Position numbers and translations under genes: made by a program
From: Firmicutes bacterium UBA5201
Lineage (GTDB): Bacteria; Bacillota; Clostridia; Peptostreptococcales; Acidaminobacteraceae
Length of the DNA: 64,000 nucleotides
Assembly: GCA_002412775.1 (NCBI GenBank)
Contig: DHVT01000026.1
Span: 81,184 to 145,183 of the forward strand
Direction of reading: 5' to 3'
In this document: positions 17,444 to 27,220 of the stretch, piece by piece
How the letters are laid out: every line of letters begins with the position of its first letter
Numbering within the stretch: position 1 is the stretch's first letter
Notes under the pieces: generated by a model
Databases searched by the model: none
What the model saw: the letters and a program-made list of their open reading frames with translations, nothing else
Told to the model about the DNA's origin: nothing

Positions 17444-18625
17444 TTAGTTTTCCAGCGGCAACACAACAAGTGCTCTGGAACCTATGCTCTCATAACTTTC
17501 AAAAAACTTGGTCACATCGTACTCGACATTGCCTCTGAGCGGATCCATCACATTGAATTGATCGCCGTTGATGCCGTTGATCACCACACAGTGGAGATTC
17601 AAGAGCGCCCTATATTCCTCACCCGTAGTGTCCAGTAGCCAGCTGTAATTGAAATTCGGAGGGTTGAGCTCAAGAGTCACCCATATGACCACTGGAACAC
17701 CTTGTTTCACGTAATCTATGATTGCCTCTCGGGAACTTCCCGTCAAGTCCTTGATGGCATGTTCTCCATTGACGGACTTGATATAATCATTGCCCGCTTT
17801 GGCTGTCGGTCCTGCAAACACATAGAAACCGCTTCCATCCCTCGGATTTCCGGAGAAAGCCTCATCAGGATGTGGACCGAACAACTTGCCATCTTTACGG
17901 TAAAATGGTCTCATCGGTAAAAACTCGTCGGATAGAGTCACTTTGTCGATATCATATCCGTTATAATTCAGTGCGGAAGTCAATGATGTGATCTCACATC
18001 CATTGGGAAGTTCAGGTTTTTGAAGAATCAGTTCCACAGGAACGAAGGCTTCGACAACTTTGATATTGCCTTTCGAGTCTTGTTCATAGTGCTTGACTTG
18101 TTCCTCAACCCATTGCTCAAACTTGATTTCAGTGATCGGTGCTTTCATCTCGAGAATGATCATCTCTTCTGAAGTTTCATAAGGGAATACAGTGGCAAGT
18201 TGTCTGACCTCATATGCACGTCTGTACTTGAGTGGTTTCGATTTGGCGATTCCATCCGAATTGGTGACCACCTGTTCCATCACTTCTCCGGTAACGGCAT
18301 TCCTGATTTCAAACGTCATGTTCCCAACGCCCCAAGCTTTCAAAGAGTCGATTGCGACGATCTCAATCGTTCCTTCTTTGACTTTACCGGTAATTAGGCC
18401 CATCAGTTCATCCACCGTGCGTTTGACCAAACCGCGATCCACAGTCTCATCCACTTTTTCGATAACTCTTGGATCATCAGGTCTTATGCCGATATCTTCA
18501 GGTATGTCACTCTTCATCAATCCTATGGAAACAAGTACTCCACTGTTGTATATCATCACTCCCAATAACACGATTAGCAATAAGATCAATATGGGTTTGA
18601 TTGGGAATTTATTTTGTCTTCTCAT
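17444..18625 (-). CDS. Membrane-anchored exported protein with a CnaB-like beta-sandwich and a C39-like (C39_2/BtrH-like) cysteine peptidase domain
   Basis: N-terminal TM ILILLLIVLLGVMIY. MTFEIRNAVTGEVMEQVVTNSDGIAKSKPLKYRRAYEVRQL is CnaB-like. Candidate Cys/His/Asp: QKPELPNGCEITS, LHCVVING, VMDP. Confidence 0.65.
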   Translation of the reverse strand: MRRQNKFPIKPILILLLIVLLGVMIYNSGVLVSIGLMKSDIPEDIGIRPDDPRVIEKVDETVDRGLVKRTVDELMGLITGKVKEGTIEIVAIDSLKAWGVGNMTFEIRNAVTGEVMEQVVTNSDGIAKSKPLKYRRAYEVRQLATVFPYETSEEMIILEMKAPITEIKFEQWVEEQVKHYEQDSKGNIKVVEAFVPVELILQKPELPNGCEITSLTSALNYNGYDIDKVTLSDEFLPMRPFYRKDGKLFGPHPDEAFSGNPRDGSGFYVFAGPTAKAGNDYIKSVNGEHAIKDLTGSSREAIIDYVKQGVPVVIWVTLELNPPNFNYSWLLDTTGEEYRALLNLHCVVINGINGDQFNVMDPLRGNVEYDVTKFFESYESIGSRALVVLPLEN

Positions 18626-18634
18626 TATACTCTC

Positions 18635-20494
18635 CTAATTATTATGCAATAAATTTTCGAAATAAACATCATACCATGTCAAAAACACAAATACCGTCCA
18701 AATGTATCTTGCATGATTCGCCTTGTTCGCAAAATGATCATCCAAGTAAGACATCAGCAGATTCGTGTCGAAGAACTTGTTTGCCGCATCAGAGGTGAAT
18801 CTGACTTTTATACGATTGTAGTTGTCCTCATTTCTGAACCAATGTCTGATTGGCACAGGGAATCCCACTTTCGGACGGTTGGCCCATTCTTCAGGCAAAA
18901 TCTCGCTTGCCGCTTTTCTCAATGCGTATTTGGTGTCCACCTTATTGACGCGTTGAAGTTTTGGCAGCGACGAGGCGACCTTTATGACTTCTTTGTCCAA
19001 AAATGGAACTCTGAGTTCAAGGGAATGTGCCATGCTCATTTTGTCAGCTTTCAGTAGGATATCACCTGGCAACCAAAGATTCAGATCAATGAATTGCATT
19101 TTGGTAAGATCGTCCTGATTCTTGACCTCATTGTATACCGGATCTGTGATCGACTTGACGTCCGGTCCGTTTTTATATGGCGGTTTCAGCAACCTTAGGG
19201 CTTCACTTTCCTCAAACACTTTTGCCTGACCAATGAATTTTTCCTCAATCGGAGTTGCGGCTTTGATCATGAAATTGCCGATTCTTCCTTCAGGAAGTTT
19301 CTGTGCGAATTTTCCCAAGGATTGTCTGATGCCAAACGGTATTTTCGAATACGTTTCATAAAGTGGGGAGTTCTGATACCATACATATCCCCCAAACAAT
19401 TCATCCGCGCCTTCTCCCGAAAGCACCACGGTCACATGCTCACTGGCCAATTCGGCAAGAAAATAAAGTGGCACAACCGAAGGATTGGATTGTGGTTCAT
19501 CCATGTGATACATGATTTCCGGCAGAGCATCAAAACACTCATCCGCAGTGATCAATCTCTTGTGGTTTTCTATTCCGAGCTGTTCCGACAAAGCCTCAGC
19601 CAAATCGGTCTCGTTGTACATGGCCTCATAATCGGCAAACCCGACGGAAAAAGTCTTGTTCGGCTTAAGTAGTGCTGTGATATAACTGGAATCCACCCCA
19701 CCTGATAAGAAAGCGCCCACCTTGACATCACTGATTTTGTGATATTCGACAGATGACTTCATCACACTTTTGATTTGTTCCACATTGCTCTTCAAATCAT
19801 TGGTGTTGATCTCATAGGTATTGTGCCAATATGGTTTTATTTCAATATTTCCTTCTTTGATGCACATGTAGTGCGCCGGCTTCAGCTTGTAGACACCACT
19901 GAAAAAAGTCTCATCCAACACGGAATACTGAAAAGTGAGATATGGTTTCAATGCCTTCTCATTAAAGGTTTTAATGAACGAAGGGTGCTTCAGGAACGAC
20001 TTGATCTCGGAACCGAAAAGAAATGTTCCGTCTGAAGTGTTCTCAGTATAATATAAAGGTTTGATCCCGAAAAAATCTCTGGCTATGAAAAGTGTCTTTT
20101 GCGCCTTGTCCCAAATGGCAAACGCGAACATTCCCCTCAATTTTCCTAGAATATCCATACCATATGCTTTGTAACCGTTGAGCAAAACCTCACTGTCGGA
20201 ATGGCTCTTGAAATGATACCCTTGATCCAATAAATCCCTTTTGATTTCCTCAAAATTGTATATTTCACCATTGAATACCATGACATGGCTTTCATCTGCA
20301 CTGACCATTGGTTGTCGAGCGTCGTCAGACAAATCAATGATGCTCAGACGCCTGAATCCCAGGGCAACACAATCATCAATATATTGCCCGTCGCTGTCAG
20401 GGCCACGATGATGAATCGCTTCAGTCATATTGCTCAATATGACCTCACTGTCCTGCAATTTGGGATTGTTCGTAAATCCTACAAATCCACACAT
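18635..20494 (-). CDS. asnB: Asparagine synthase (glutamine-hydrolysing), AsnB family
   Basis: N-terminal nucleophile MCGFVGF. GAFLSGGVDSS pyrophosphatase loop. 619 aa. Confidence 0.9.
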   Translation of the reverse strand: MCGFVGFTNNPKLQDSEVILSNMTEAIHHRGPDSDGQYIDDCVALGFRRLSIIDLSDDARQPMVSADESHVMVFNGEIYNFEEIKRDLLDQGYHFKSHSDSEVLLNGYKAYGMDILGKLRGMFAFAIWDKAQKTLFIARDFFGIKPLYYTENTSDGTFLFGSEIKSFLKHPSFIKTFNEKALKPYLTFQYSVLDETFFSGVYKLKPAHYMCIKEGNIEIKPYWHNTYEINTNDLKSNVEQIKSVMKSSVEYHKISDVKVGAFLSGGVDSSYITALLKPNKTFSVGFADYEAMYNETDLAEALSEQLGIENHKRLITADECFDALPEIMYHMDEPQSNPSVVPLYFLAELASEHVTVVLSGEGADELFGGYVWYQNSPLYETYSKIPFGIRQSLGKFAQKLPEGRIGNFMIKAATPIEEKFIGQAKVFEESEALRLLKPPYKNGPDVKSITDPVYNEVKNQDDLTKMQFIDLNLWLPGDILLKADKMSMAHSLELRVPFLDKEVIKVASSLPKLQRVNKVDTKYALRKAASEILPEEWANRPKVGFPVPIRHWFRNEDNYNRIKVRFTSDAANKFFDTNLLMSYLDDHFANKANHARYIWTVFVFLTWYDVYFENLLHNN

Positions 20495-20507
20495 CCATTA
20501 GTCCTCT

Positions 20508-22064
20508 CTATAAAAAATCATTTGAAATGCCACAAACTCTTGTGCGCAATGGCTCCAACACCTCTTCCTTGTTGACTCCAGGAATAAGTTCTATCAATTG
20601 GTGCAAGGCCACTTCCGCTCCAAAGTCCATACCTTGGCATCCCGCGAGAAGCACCAAATCATCATGTTCAGCTTTCGAAAGCCCTTCCGCTATTGCCTCG
20701 GCGAGCCCATCATGGAGATGGACAACCAGTCCCGCATCATTCATGACCTCCAGAAAAACACTGACCTCTTCATCGGTCACAAGGTCTTTTGATGTGGTAT
20801 GTCGGACGCTCTTGGTGGCGATTACAACGCTGAATCCCAATATCTTGGACCATTTTGCTATGGTCTCGGCATTTTCTCTGTTGACGATCGGACCTCTGTT
20901 GCCTCTGATCGCGTAAACCAACTGCAAATTATTGTACTTCATGTAATCCAGTGTGCGAAGCGTCACATCGATATTGCCTGCATTCGCGAAATGGTCGTCG
21001 ATGATGATGAAATCCCCTTCATAGATGAATTCAAATCTTCTCTCGACACCCTTGAATTGCTTAAGTCCCTTTTGGATCGCATCCACTTGAGCACCTGATG
21101 CAAGTCCGATCGCAACTGCCGCAAGCGCATTATAAACAGAATGTAGACCCGGCACGGCAAGCTCGACATCAAATTTTATCTCTGGACAATGGATATCACC
21201 CACTTTGAACGCTTTTGCGACTTCAATGGTAAATCGTCCTCTGCCTGTTGTAAGATCGAGATCCTTGCATAAAATATGGCCGGAATGCTCCTTTAATCCA
21301 TAAGTTATGACTTGCGCCTTGGTTTCGGTAATCAACGAGGAAGCATATGGACAATCCAGGTTCAGTATGGCTGTACTGCTCTCGCTGACGTTTCTGATCA
21401 GACTCGATTTCGCACTGAAATACTCTTCAAAGGAACCATGCATGTCAATGTGTTCCCTGCTGAGATTGTTGAATGCGACGATGTCATAATCCACACCATA
21501 GACGCGATTCAGCTCAAGCGCCGAAGAGGAGACCTCCATGGTGACGTGTGTCACATCGTTCTCGACCATTTCAGCCAAATACCCCTGCAAATCCAATGAT
21601 TCAGGGGTGGTTAAATCTGCCGCTATGTGATGGTCATGATTTTTGATCATGACCGTCCCGATCAGTCCGGTTCTAAGCCCCATCGCCTCGAATATGGAAT
21701 TCGCCATATAGGATGTGGTCGTTTTACCATTGGTCGCCGTGATGCCGATCATTTTCATTTTTCTTGACGGGTATCCATAAAAGGCACTTCCCATAGAGGC
21801 AAGTGCGATCCTCGAATCTTTGACAAGGTACTGGGGAATCTCGACATCCTCCTGAAACTCCTCCACAACAGCTGCTGTCGCACCGTTCCCAATCGCTTGC
21901 TTCAGATACTTGTGTCCATCGGTCAAATACCCTTTGACGCATACAAAAACATTACCAGGAGCAACCTTTCCGGAATGGTAAGCCACTCCTGAGACTTCCA
22001 GTGCCCTGGCGTTTTTTTGATCTATGATTTCTATGCCATTCATGAGTTCATTGATGTTCATCAA
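20508..22064 (-). CDS. Mur ligase family protein, MurE-like N-terminal and central domains with a divergent C-terminal domain
   Basis: HSGKVAPGNVFVCVKGYLTDGHKYL, P-loop GITATNGKTTT and NLSREHIDMHGSFEEYFSAKS are MurE-like. The C-terminal part reads IIIDDHFANAGN...IRGNRGPIVNR...ATKSVRHTT, without a recognisable DNPR or D(D/N)P(N/A) motif. Confidence 0.75.
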   Translation of the reverse strand: MMNINELMNGIEIIDQKNARALEVSGVAYHSGKVAPGNVFVCVKGYLTDGHKYLKQAIGNGATAAVVEEFQEDVEIPQYLVKDSRIALASMGSAFYGYPSRKMKMIGITATNGKTTTSYMANSIFEAMGLRTGLIGTVMIKNHDHHIAADLTTPESLDLQGYLAEMVENDVTHVTMEVSSSALELNRVYGVDYDIVAFNNLSREHIDMHGSFEEYFSAKSSLIRNVSESSTAILNLDCPYASSLITETKAQVITYGLKEHSGHILCKDLDLTTGRGRFTIEVAKAFKVGDIHCPEIKFDVELAVPGLHSVYNALAAVAIGLASGAQVDAIQKGLKQFKGVERRFEFIYEGDFIIIDDHFANAGNIDVTLRTLDYMKYNNLQLVYAIRGNRGPIVNRENAETIAKWSKILGFSVVIATKSVRHTTSKDLVTDEEVSVFLEVMNDAGLVVHLHDGLAEAIAEGLSKAEHDDLVLLAGCQGMDFGAEVALHQLIELIPGVNKEEVLEPLRTRVCGISNDFL

Positions 22065-22079
22065 TACACACCTTTCTTT

Positions 22080-23264
22080 CTATCGTTTCAACAATTTGCC
22101 AGTCGCTTTTTTAATCAATATACCCCAAAATGTCAACCCGGGCAGTGGATCGCTGATGCTCCATATGGCAAATGCCTTCGGCTTCAAATAGGATTTCAAT
22201 ACATCACCGAGTTTCAGCTGTCCAGACCTCAAATAATCCCTGACAGCAAGCACGTCCTCAAAAGCATACCAAAAAACTCGATTCGTATCCACTGTGACCG
22301 CTTTTGGCTGAAGTGGAGAACCGGTGAGTTCACAATAATCTATATAAGGAAAATTGAGACCGACTTTATGAAGCATGCTGTTGAGATTTGTCGTTCTGAC
22401 ATTGATCTCTATCAGATAGAACTCTCCTGTCTCAGCATCTTTTTTAAACTCGATTTCCCCGAATCCTTTGTATTGTATGGTTTCCATAAACTTGGAACCG
22501 ATCTCGTGTAGAATTGGAACGTTCTTTTGGCTCGTATAGACAGAAGCTCCGAAATTGATCGGATATTGTCTGTACTTTTGACAAGTCGTATAATGCGTCA
22601 CCCTCGAATTCTGATTCAAGTAAGCGTCATAGGTATACATATGATCATCAAAACCCGGTATGATCCGCTGTACAATCACTTCGAGATTGGCTTCATTCGC
22701 TTTATCAATGGCTGATTTCAGTTCTTCAGCATTTTTTGCAAGGAAAATCTTCTTTCTGAATTGATTCACAAAGGCAACAGAATCCACCGGCTTGACGATG
22801 CAAGGATAATGGATTTCACTATTGATTCGATCATAAAAGTCAGCATCTCCGACACGAACCGTCTCGGGTACCAACACACCGTTCTCCTGAGCTATTCTAT
22901 GGAGGATATCCTTGTTCATCAACCGTGTCCAAAGCCCTTTTTCCTGTTGTGAGATCAAATAGTATTCTCTTAGGAGATCCAGATGGGCATCGACAACTTC
23001 CACATAGGAATCATGGCATGGGTATAAAACAGGTTTGACTTCCTGTTTTTTCGCATAATCGATCAAATAATCGATAAATGCCTCCGTTTGATTTTTATAA
23101 TGAGGAGTCACATATTTTTCCAGGCAATATTTCGATTTCGAACCGTAGGCACCTTCTCGGGAATAGTCCATGGCCACTGTCTTTACGCCATTTTCCCCCA
23201 AGCATCTCAGTACACTTAATCCGATATAATAATTCGATCCCAAAATGACAGCTTTGTTTTTCAT
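22080..23264 (-). CDS. ATP-grasp carboxylate-amine ligase (D-aspartate-ligase-like)
   Basis: 394 aa. KAVILGSNYYIGLSVLRCL...VLYPCHDSYVEVV resembles my recollection of Asl-type D-Asp ligases. C-terminal FGEIEFKKDAETGEFYLIEINVR is a typical ATP-grasp Mg/ATP motif. Confidence 0.7.
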   Translation of the reverse strand: MKNKAVILGSNYYIGLSVLRCLGENGVKTVAMDYSREGAYGSKSKYCLEKYVTPHYKNQTEAFIDYLIDYAKKQEVKPVLYPCHDSYVEVVDAHLDLLREYYLISQQEKGLWTRLMNKDILHRIAQENGVLVPETVRVGDADFYDRINSEIHYPCIVKPVDSVAFVNQFRKKIFLAKNAEELKSAIDKANEANLEVIVQRIIPGFDDHMYTYDAYLNQNSRVTHYTTCQKYRQYPINFGASVYTSQKNVPILHEIGSKFMETIQYKGFGEIEFKKDAETGEFYLIEINVRTTNLNSMLHKVGLNFPYIDYCELTGSPLQPKAVTVDTNRVFWYAFEDVLAVRDYLRSGQLKLGDVLKSYLKPKAFAIWSISDPLPGLTFWGILIKKATGKLLKR

Positions 23265-23390
23265 GGTTTTCCTTTCGACACTTGTAAAATCTATATGTAT
23301 ATATTGTCATAGACCTGTAGGGTTTGCAAGACTTTTATCTGTTATACCATCCGATTTAATGCTAAAATAATATTGAAAGAAGGTGATATT

Positions 23391-24257
23391 ATGAATCACA
23401 ATCCGCTGGCGATGTTTCAAACACAGCATGAGGACGGGTCTGTCACTTGTACCCTTTGTCCCCACTATTGTCATCTTAAAGAATCGGAACTCGGAAAATG
23501 CCGAACGCGATACAATGAGGGTGGAAAACTGGTCATAAACAATTACGGGAAAGTCGTATCCTACGCCTATGATCCGATTGAAAAAAAACCACTCAACCGC
23601 TTTTATCCCGGGCACACCATTTTTTCAATAGGCACATCCGGATGCAACTTTGATTGTGATTTCTGCCAGAATCACACTTTGGTCCATTTTGAAGGCTCCA
23701 CACCTTCGATATCCGATGAGACTATTCTGAGGATGGCACAGGATCAAGGTTCTATCGGCATAGCATACACTTATAACGAGCCTACGGTCTGGTATGAGTA
23801 TGTCTACGATCTGTCCATGAAGTCGCATGCATTAGGTCTGAAGAATGTGTTGGTGACAAACGGTTTCATCAACCAGGCGCCTCTCGAAAAACTTCTGCCT
23901 TATATCGATGCGATGAATATTGATTTGAAGGCCTTTTCAGAAAGTTATTATAGTGAAATCTGTAGTGGCCATCTAAAGCCGGTACTGAAAACCATAGAAA
24001 TCGCAGCAAAGCACACCCATGTGGAAATCACAACACTTCTGATCGATGGACTCAATACCGGTGATGATGAACTTCATGCACTTTGCGGCAGTGTTGCAAA
24101 CATCGATCCTGAAATACCGATCCACTTGAGCCGCTATTTCCCGGCACATAGAATGAACATCCCTAGAACCAGAATTGAAACCATGGTAAGGGCAAAACAC
24201 ATCGCTGAAAAGTACTTGAAATATGTCTATGTCGGCAATTGTTTCATTGACGAGTAA
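23391..24257 (+). CDS. AmmeMemoRadiSam-system-type radical SAM enzyme
   Basis: ATG 23391 follows AAGGTGA. VTCTLCPHYCHLKESELGKCRTRYN, DPIEKKPL and the CX3CX2C motif GCNFDCDFCQN. Confidence 0.8.
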   Translation: MNHNPLAMFQTQHEDGSVTCTLCPHYCHLKESELGKCRTRYNEGGKLVINNYGKVVSYAYDPIEKKPLNRFYPGHTIFSIGTSGCNFDCDFCQNHTLVHFEGSTPSISDETILRMAQDQGSIGIAYTYNEPTVWYEYVYDLSMKSHALGLKNVLVTNGFINQAPLEKLLPYIDAMNIDLKAFSESYYSEICSGHLKPVLKTIEIAAKHTHVEITTLLIDGLNTGDDELHALCGSVANIDPEIPIHLSRYFPAHRMNIPRTRIETMVRAKHIAEKYLKYVYVGNCFIDE

Positions 24258-24265
24258 GGAAAACA

Positions 24266-24309
24266 AAACCCCGGAAATCGCATCCACTGGAAGCAATAAT
24301 CCGGGGTTT
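24266..24309. terminator. Bidirectional terminator-like hairpin between convergent genes
   Basis: AAACCCCGGA-24 nt-TCCGGGGTTT, a 10-bp perfect stem. Confidence 0.6.
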
Positions 24310-24320
24310 AATCATTGGAT

Positions 24321-25547
24321 TTATTTGTTCAATATCTTCTCAACCATTGGAGCCTTTAATCTTGAACCAGGATTGAAATCTGTACCGATCAGCGGCATCG
24401 CGTATTTTTTGAAGGCTTCAGTGACATTGTTGCCTTCCGCATTGATGAACTCATCAGGCATATGCTTTGTTTTTGCTGCTATCTCTTTGAGATCCACCAA
24501 TCTGAAATCAATGGCATAATCGCCTTTTCTTTCCATGACGACTGAACCATCCAAATTGTCGATCAAAGCGTATTGAACCGCTTTTTCAGCAACTTCTCTC
24601 GCTTCTTTTTGATCTGTATCAGAAACGCAACCGAGGAATGAACGTTGCATATAACCGAGCGTATCGGCTCTAACTCTGCCGATGCCGAGTTTTTCTTTCA
24701 CTTCAGCCACAAGAAGATCTCCAAGTGCGCCAGTTCCAGAGAGTTGAACATTACCATGCGCATCTCTTTCGACATTTTCCTGTAATTTGGTCACAATTGC
24801 CTCGCCCTTGTCATCCTGGATCCCTTCGGATACAGCGACGATACATCTGCCGTACTTGTCGTAGACTTTCTTGACATCCGCAAGGAAATTATCAATCACA
24901 AATGGACGCTCAGGGAAGTAAATCAGATGTGGACCATCCTCTTCATAAACTTTGCCGAGTGATGCCGCTCCTGTGAGGAATCCGGCATGTCTGCCCATGA
25001 TGACACCGATATAGACGCCAGAGAGCGCACGGTTGTCATAGTTGATGCCAGTAAACGCTGAAGCGACATATCTTGCAGCCGAGCCAAATCCAGGTGTATG
25101 GTCGTTGATCACAAGATCGTTGTCCACAGTCTTTGGAATATGAACGGCTCTGAAATCGTAATTTTGATTTTTCGCTTCTTCGTTGACGATTCTCACTGTA
25201 TCCGATGAGTCATTTCCTCCGATATAGAAAAAGAAACGAATATTATGTGCTTTCATGGATTCGAACATTTTCTTGCAAAATTCCGGAGTCGGTTTCACCC
25301 TTGTGGACAAAAGCGCAGATGAAGGTGTTTTGGCAACAGCTTCGAGGTTTGCCACAGTTTCTCTTGTCAGGTCCATGAATTCTTCATTCACTATGCCTTC
25401 AACGCCGTGTACAGCACCGTAGATTCTTTCCACCTGTGCATAACGTCTTGCTTCCAGTACGACACCCACCAATGATTGGTTGATGACTGCAGTCGGTCCG
25501 CCACCTTGCGCGACCAACAAATTGCCTCTTAAAATCTCATTACTCAT
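24321..25547 (-). CDS. pfp: Pyrophosphate-dependent 6-phosphofructokinase (PPi-PFK)
   Basis: PFK fold (VAQGGGPTAVINQS). GGNDS in place of GGDGS, and PKTVDND with Lys in place of Gly, are the residues associated with PPi rather than ATP use. Confidence 0.75.
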   Translation of the reverse strand: MSNEILRGNLLVAQGGGPTAVINQSLVGVVLEARRYAQVERIYGAVHGVEGIVNEEFMDLTRETVANLEAVAKTPSSALLSTRVKPTPEFCKKMFESMKAHNIRFFFYIGGNDSSDTVRIVNEEAKNQNYDFRAVHIPKTVDNDLVINDHTPGFGSAARYVASAFTGINYDNRALSGVYIGVIMGRHAGFLTGAASLGKVYEEDGPHLIYFPERPFVIDNFLADVKKVYDKYGRCIVAVSEGIQDDKGEAIVTKLQENVERDAHGNVQLSGTGALGDLLVAEVKEKLGIGRVRADTLGYMQRSFLGCVSDTDQKEAREVAEKAVQYALIDNLDGSVVMERKGDYAIDFRLVDLKEIAAKTKHMPDEFINAEGNNVTEAFKKYAMPLIGTDFNPGSRLKAPMVEKILNK

Positions 25548-25561
25548 ATTTTCCTCCCACT

Positions 25562-27076
25562 TTACAGGTTATAAATTTTCGAATATTTCTCTTCCAAATA
25601 ATCACAGTAGTATTTGGAGTTCAAACGCTCCCCTGTGATCAGTTCAATCAGTTCCGTCGGTTTCTTAAGAGAACCATAGTGATGGACCTTCTTATTCAAC
25701 CATTCCGTCAGTGGCTTGAAATTTCCCTCTTTGAGACAAGAATCCACATCGATATCCTTGCGGATATAATGTGCAAGCTGTGCCGCATAAGCACTACCAA
25801 GTGCGTAAGTTGGAAAATAACCAAACAAACCTTCGGACCAATGAACATCCTGAAGGACGCCCAAACCGTCATTTTCCGGTGTGACGCCAAGATAAGATGC
25901 CATTTTTTCATTCCAAACTCTTGGCAGATCCGCCACTTTGATGCTGCCATCGATCAAACCCAGTTCGATTTCATAGCGCAACATGATGTGAAGCGAGTAA
26001 GTCAGTTCATCCGCTTCAATACGGATCAAAGACGGCTCCACTTTGTTCATACCTTCATAAAAATCCTTGAATGCAATTCCTTTAAGCTGCTCCTCAAATT
26101 CATCCTTCACTATCGGGAACAAATAGCCGAGAAAAGCTTCACTCAAGACAAAATTATTCTCGAAAATTCGAGATTGCGACTCATGGATGCCGTTTGAAGT
26201 GCCTGTCGCCAAAAATGTGCCGCTCAGTTCTTTTGATATGTTTTGCTCATAAATGGCGTGTCCGCCTTCATGCGCTGTGCTGAGCAGTGCGGATTTGAAA
26301 TCATTCTCATGAAAACGTGTCGTCAGTCTGACATCATCAATATCCACAGCCATGGTGAAAGGATGCACACTTTCTTTGAACCAACCTCTCTCAAGGTCAT
26401 ATCCAAGCATAGGCAACAACATTTTCGATAGTTTTTCCTGCTTGTCCTTAGGATAAAACTTCGATAGAAATGCTGTATCAATGCTCTTGCCACTCTCAGA
26501 AATTCTCTTCAAAAGTGGGACAATACGAGCTCTAAGCTCATCAAAGAACACGTTCAATTGGTCGACTGTCATTCCCTCTTCAAAATCATCGATGTAAAGA
26601 TTGTAGGGATGCCCTTCATAGCCTCTGTATTCTGCGAATTTCAACAAATAATCTATGACCTGCTTCAAGTAGGGTTCAAACATTGCGAAATCGGAATTCT
26701 CTTTCGCATCTTCCCATACCATTGATGATTTGGATGTCAATGCATTGTATTTTTGGAATTCATCCATCGGAATCTTAGTCAGCTTGTCAAATTCTTTTTT
26801 TGTGTTGCTTATGAGTACGCGCTCTGTTTCACCAAATTCGTCCAAATGTTCCATCAGGTCATCCAGATCTTGTTTCATTTGGTCATTGACCAACATCTGA
26901 TAAGCAAAGCCACTTACAGTTCCTATCGCTTTGCTTCTCGCATCAGCACCGCTCTTTGGAGCGCCCGTGGAAGCGTCCCAAAACAGGATGGAAGATGCGT
27001 ATTGTAACGCGATACTTTTTTCTTGAGCTTCATTAAAGCGTTTGAGTGCATCATTTAAATTCGTATTCTCTACCAT
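25562..27076 (-). CDS. M32 family metallocarboxypeptidase (Taq-like)
   Basis: HEGGH (HExxH), VHPFT and IRIEADELTYSLHIMLRYE. ATG 27076 follows AAGGAG. Confidence 0.85.
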   Translation of the reverse strand: MVENTNLNDALKRFNEAQEKSIALQYASSILFWDASTGAPKSGADARSKAIGTVSGFAYQMLVNDQMKQDLDDLMEHLDEFGETERVLISNTKKEFDKLTKIPMDEFQKYNALTSKSSMVWEDAKENSDFAMFEPYLKQVIDYLLKFAEYRGYEGHPYNLYIDDFEEGMTVDQLNVFFDELRARIVPLLKRISESGKSIDTAFLSKFYPKDKQEKLSKMLLPMLGYDLERGWFKESVHPFTMAVDIDDVRLTTRFHENDFKSALLSTAHEGGHAIYEQNISKELSGTFLATGTSNGIHESQSRIFENNFVLSEAFLGYLFPIVKDEFEEQLKGIAFKDFYEGMNKVEPSLIRIEADELTYSLHIMLRYEIELGLIDGSIKVADLPRVWNEKMASYLGVTPENDGLGVLQDVHWSEGLFGYFPTYALGSAYAAQLAHYIRKDIDVDSCLKEGNFKPLTEWLNKKVHHYGSLKKPTELIELITGERLNSKYYCDYLEEKYSKIYNL

Positions 27077-27220
27077 TACACTTACTCCTTCTAGACATTT
27101 GTATGTGTATATGACTCTACCCAAGTACTCTACGATTATAACAAAAAAATATTGATGTTGAAACCTTTTAATGTGTGTGATAAACTTGTTTTTGATATTT
27201 TATATCCTAAGGAGGACAAT

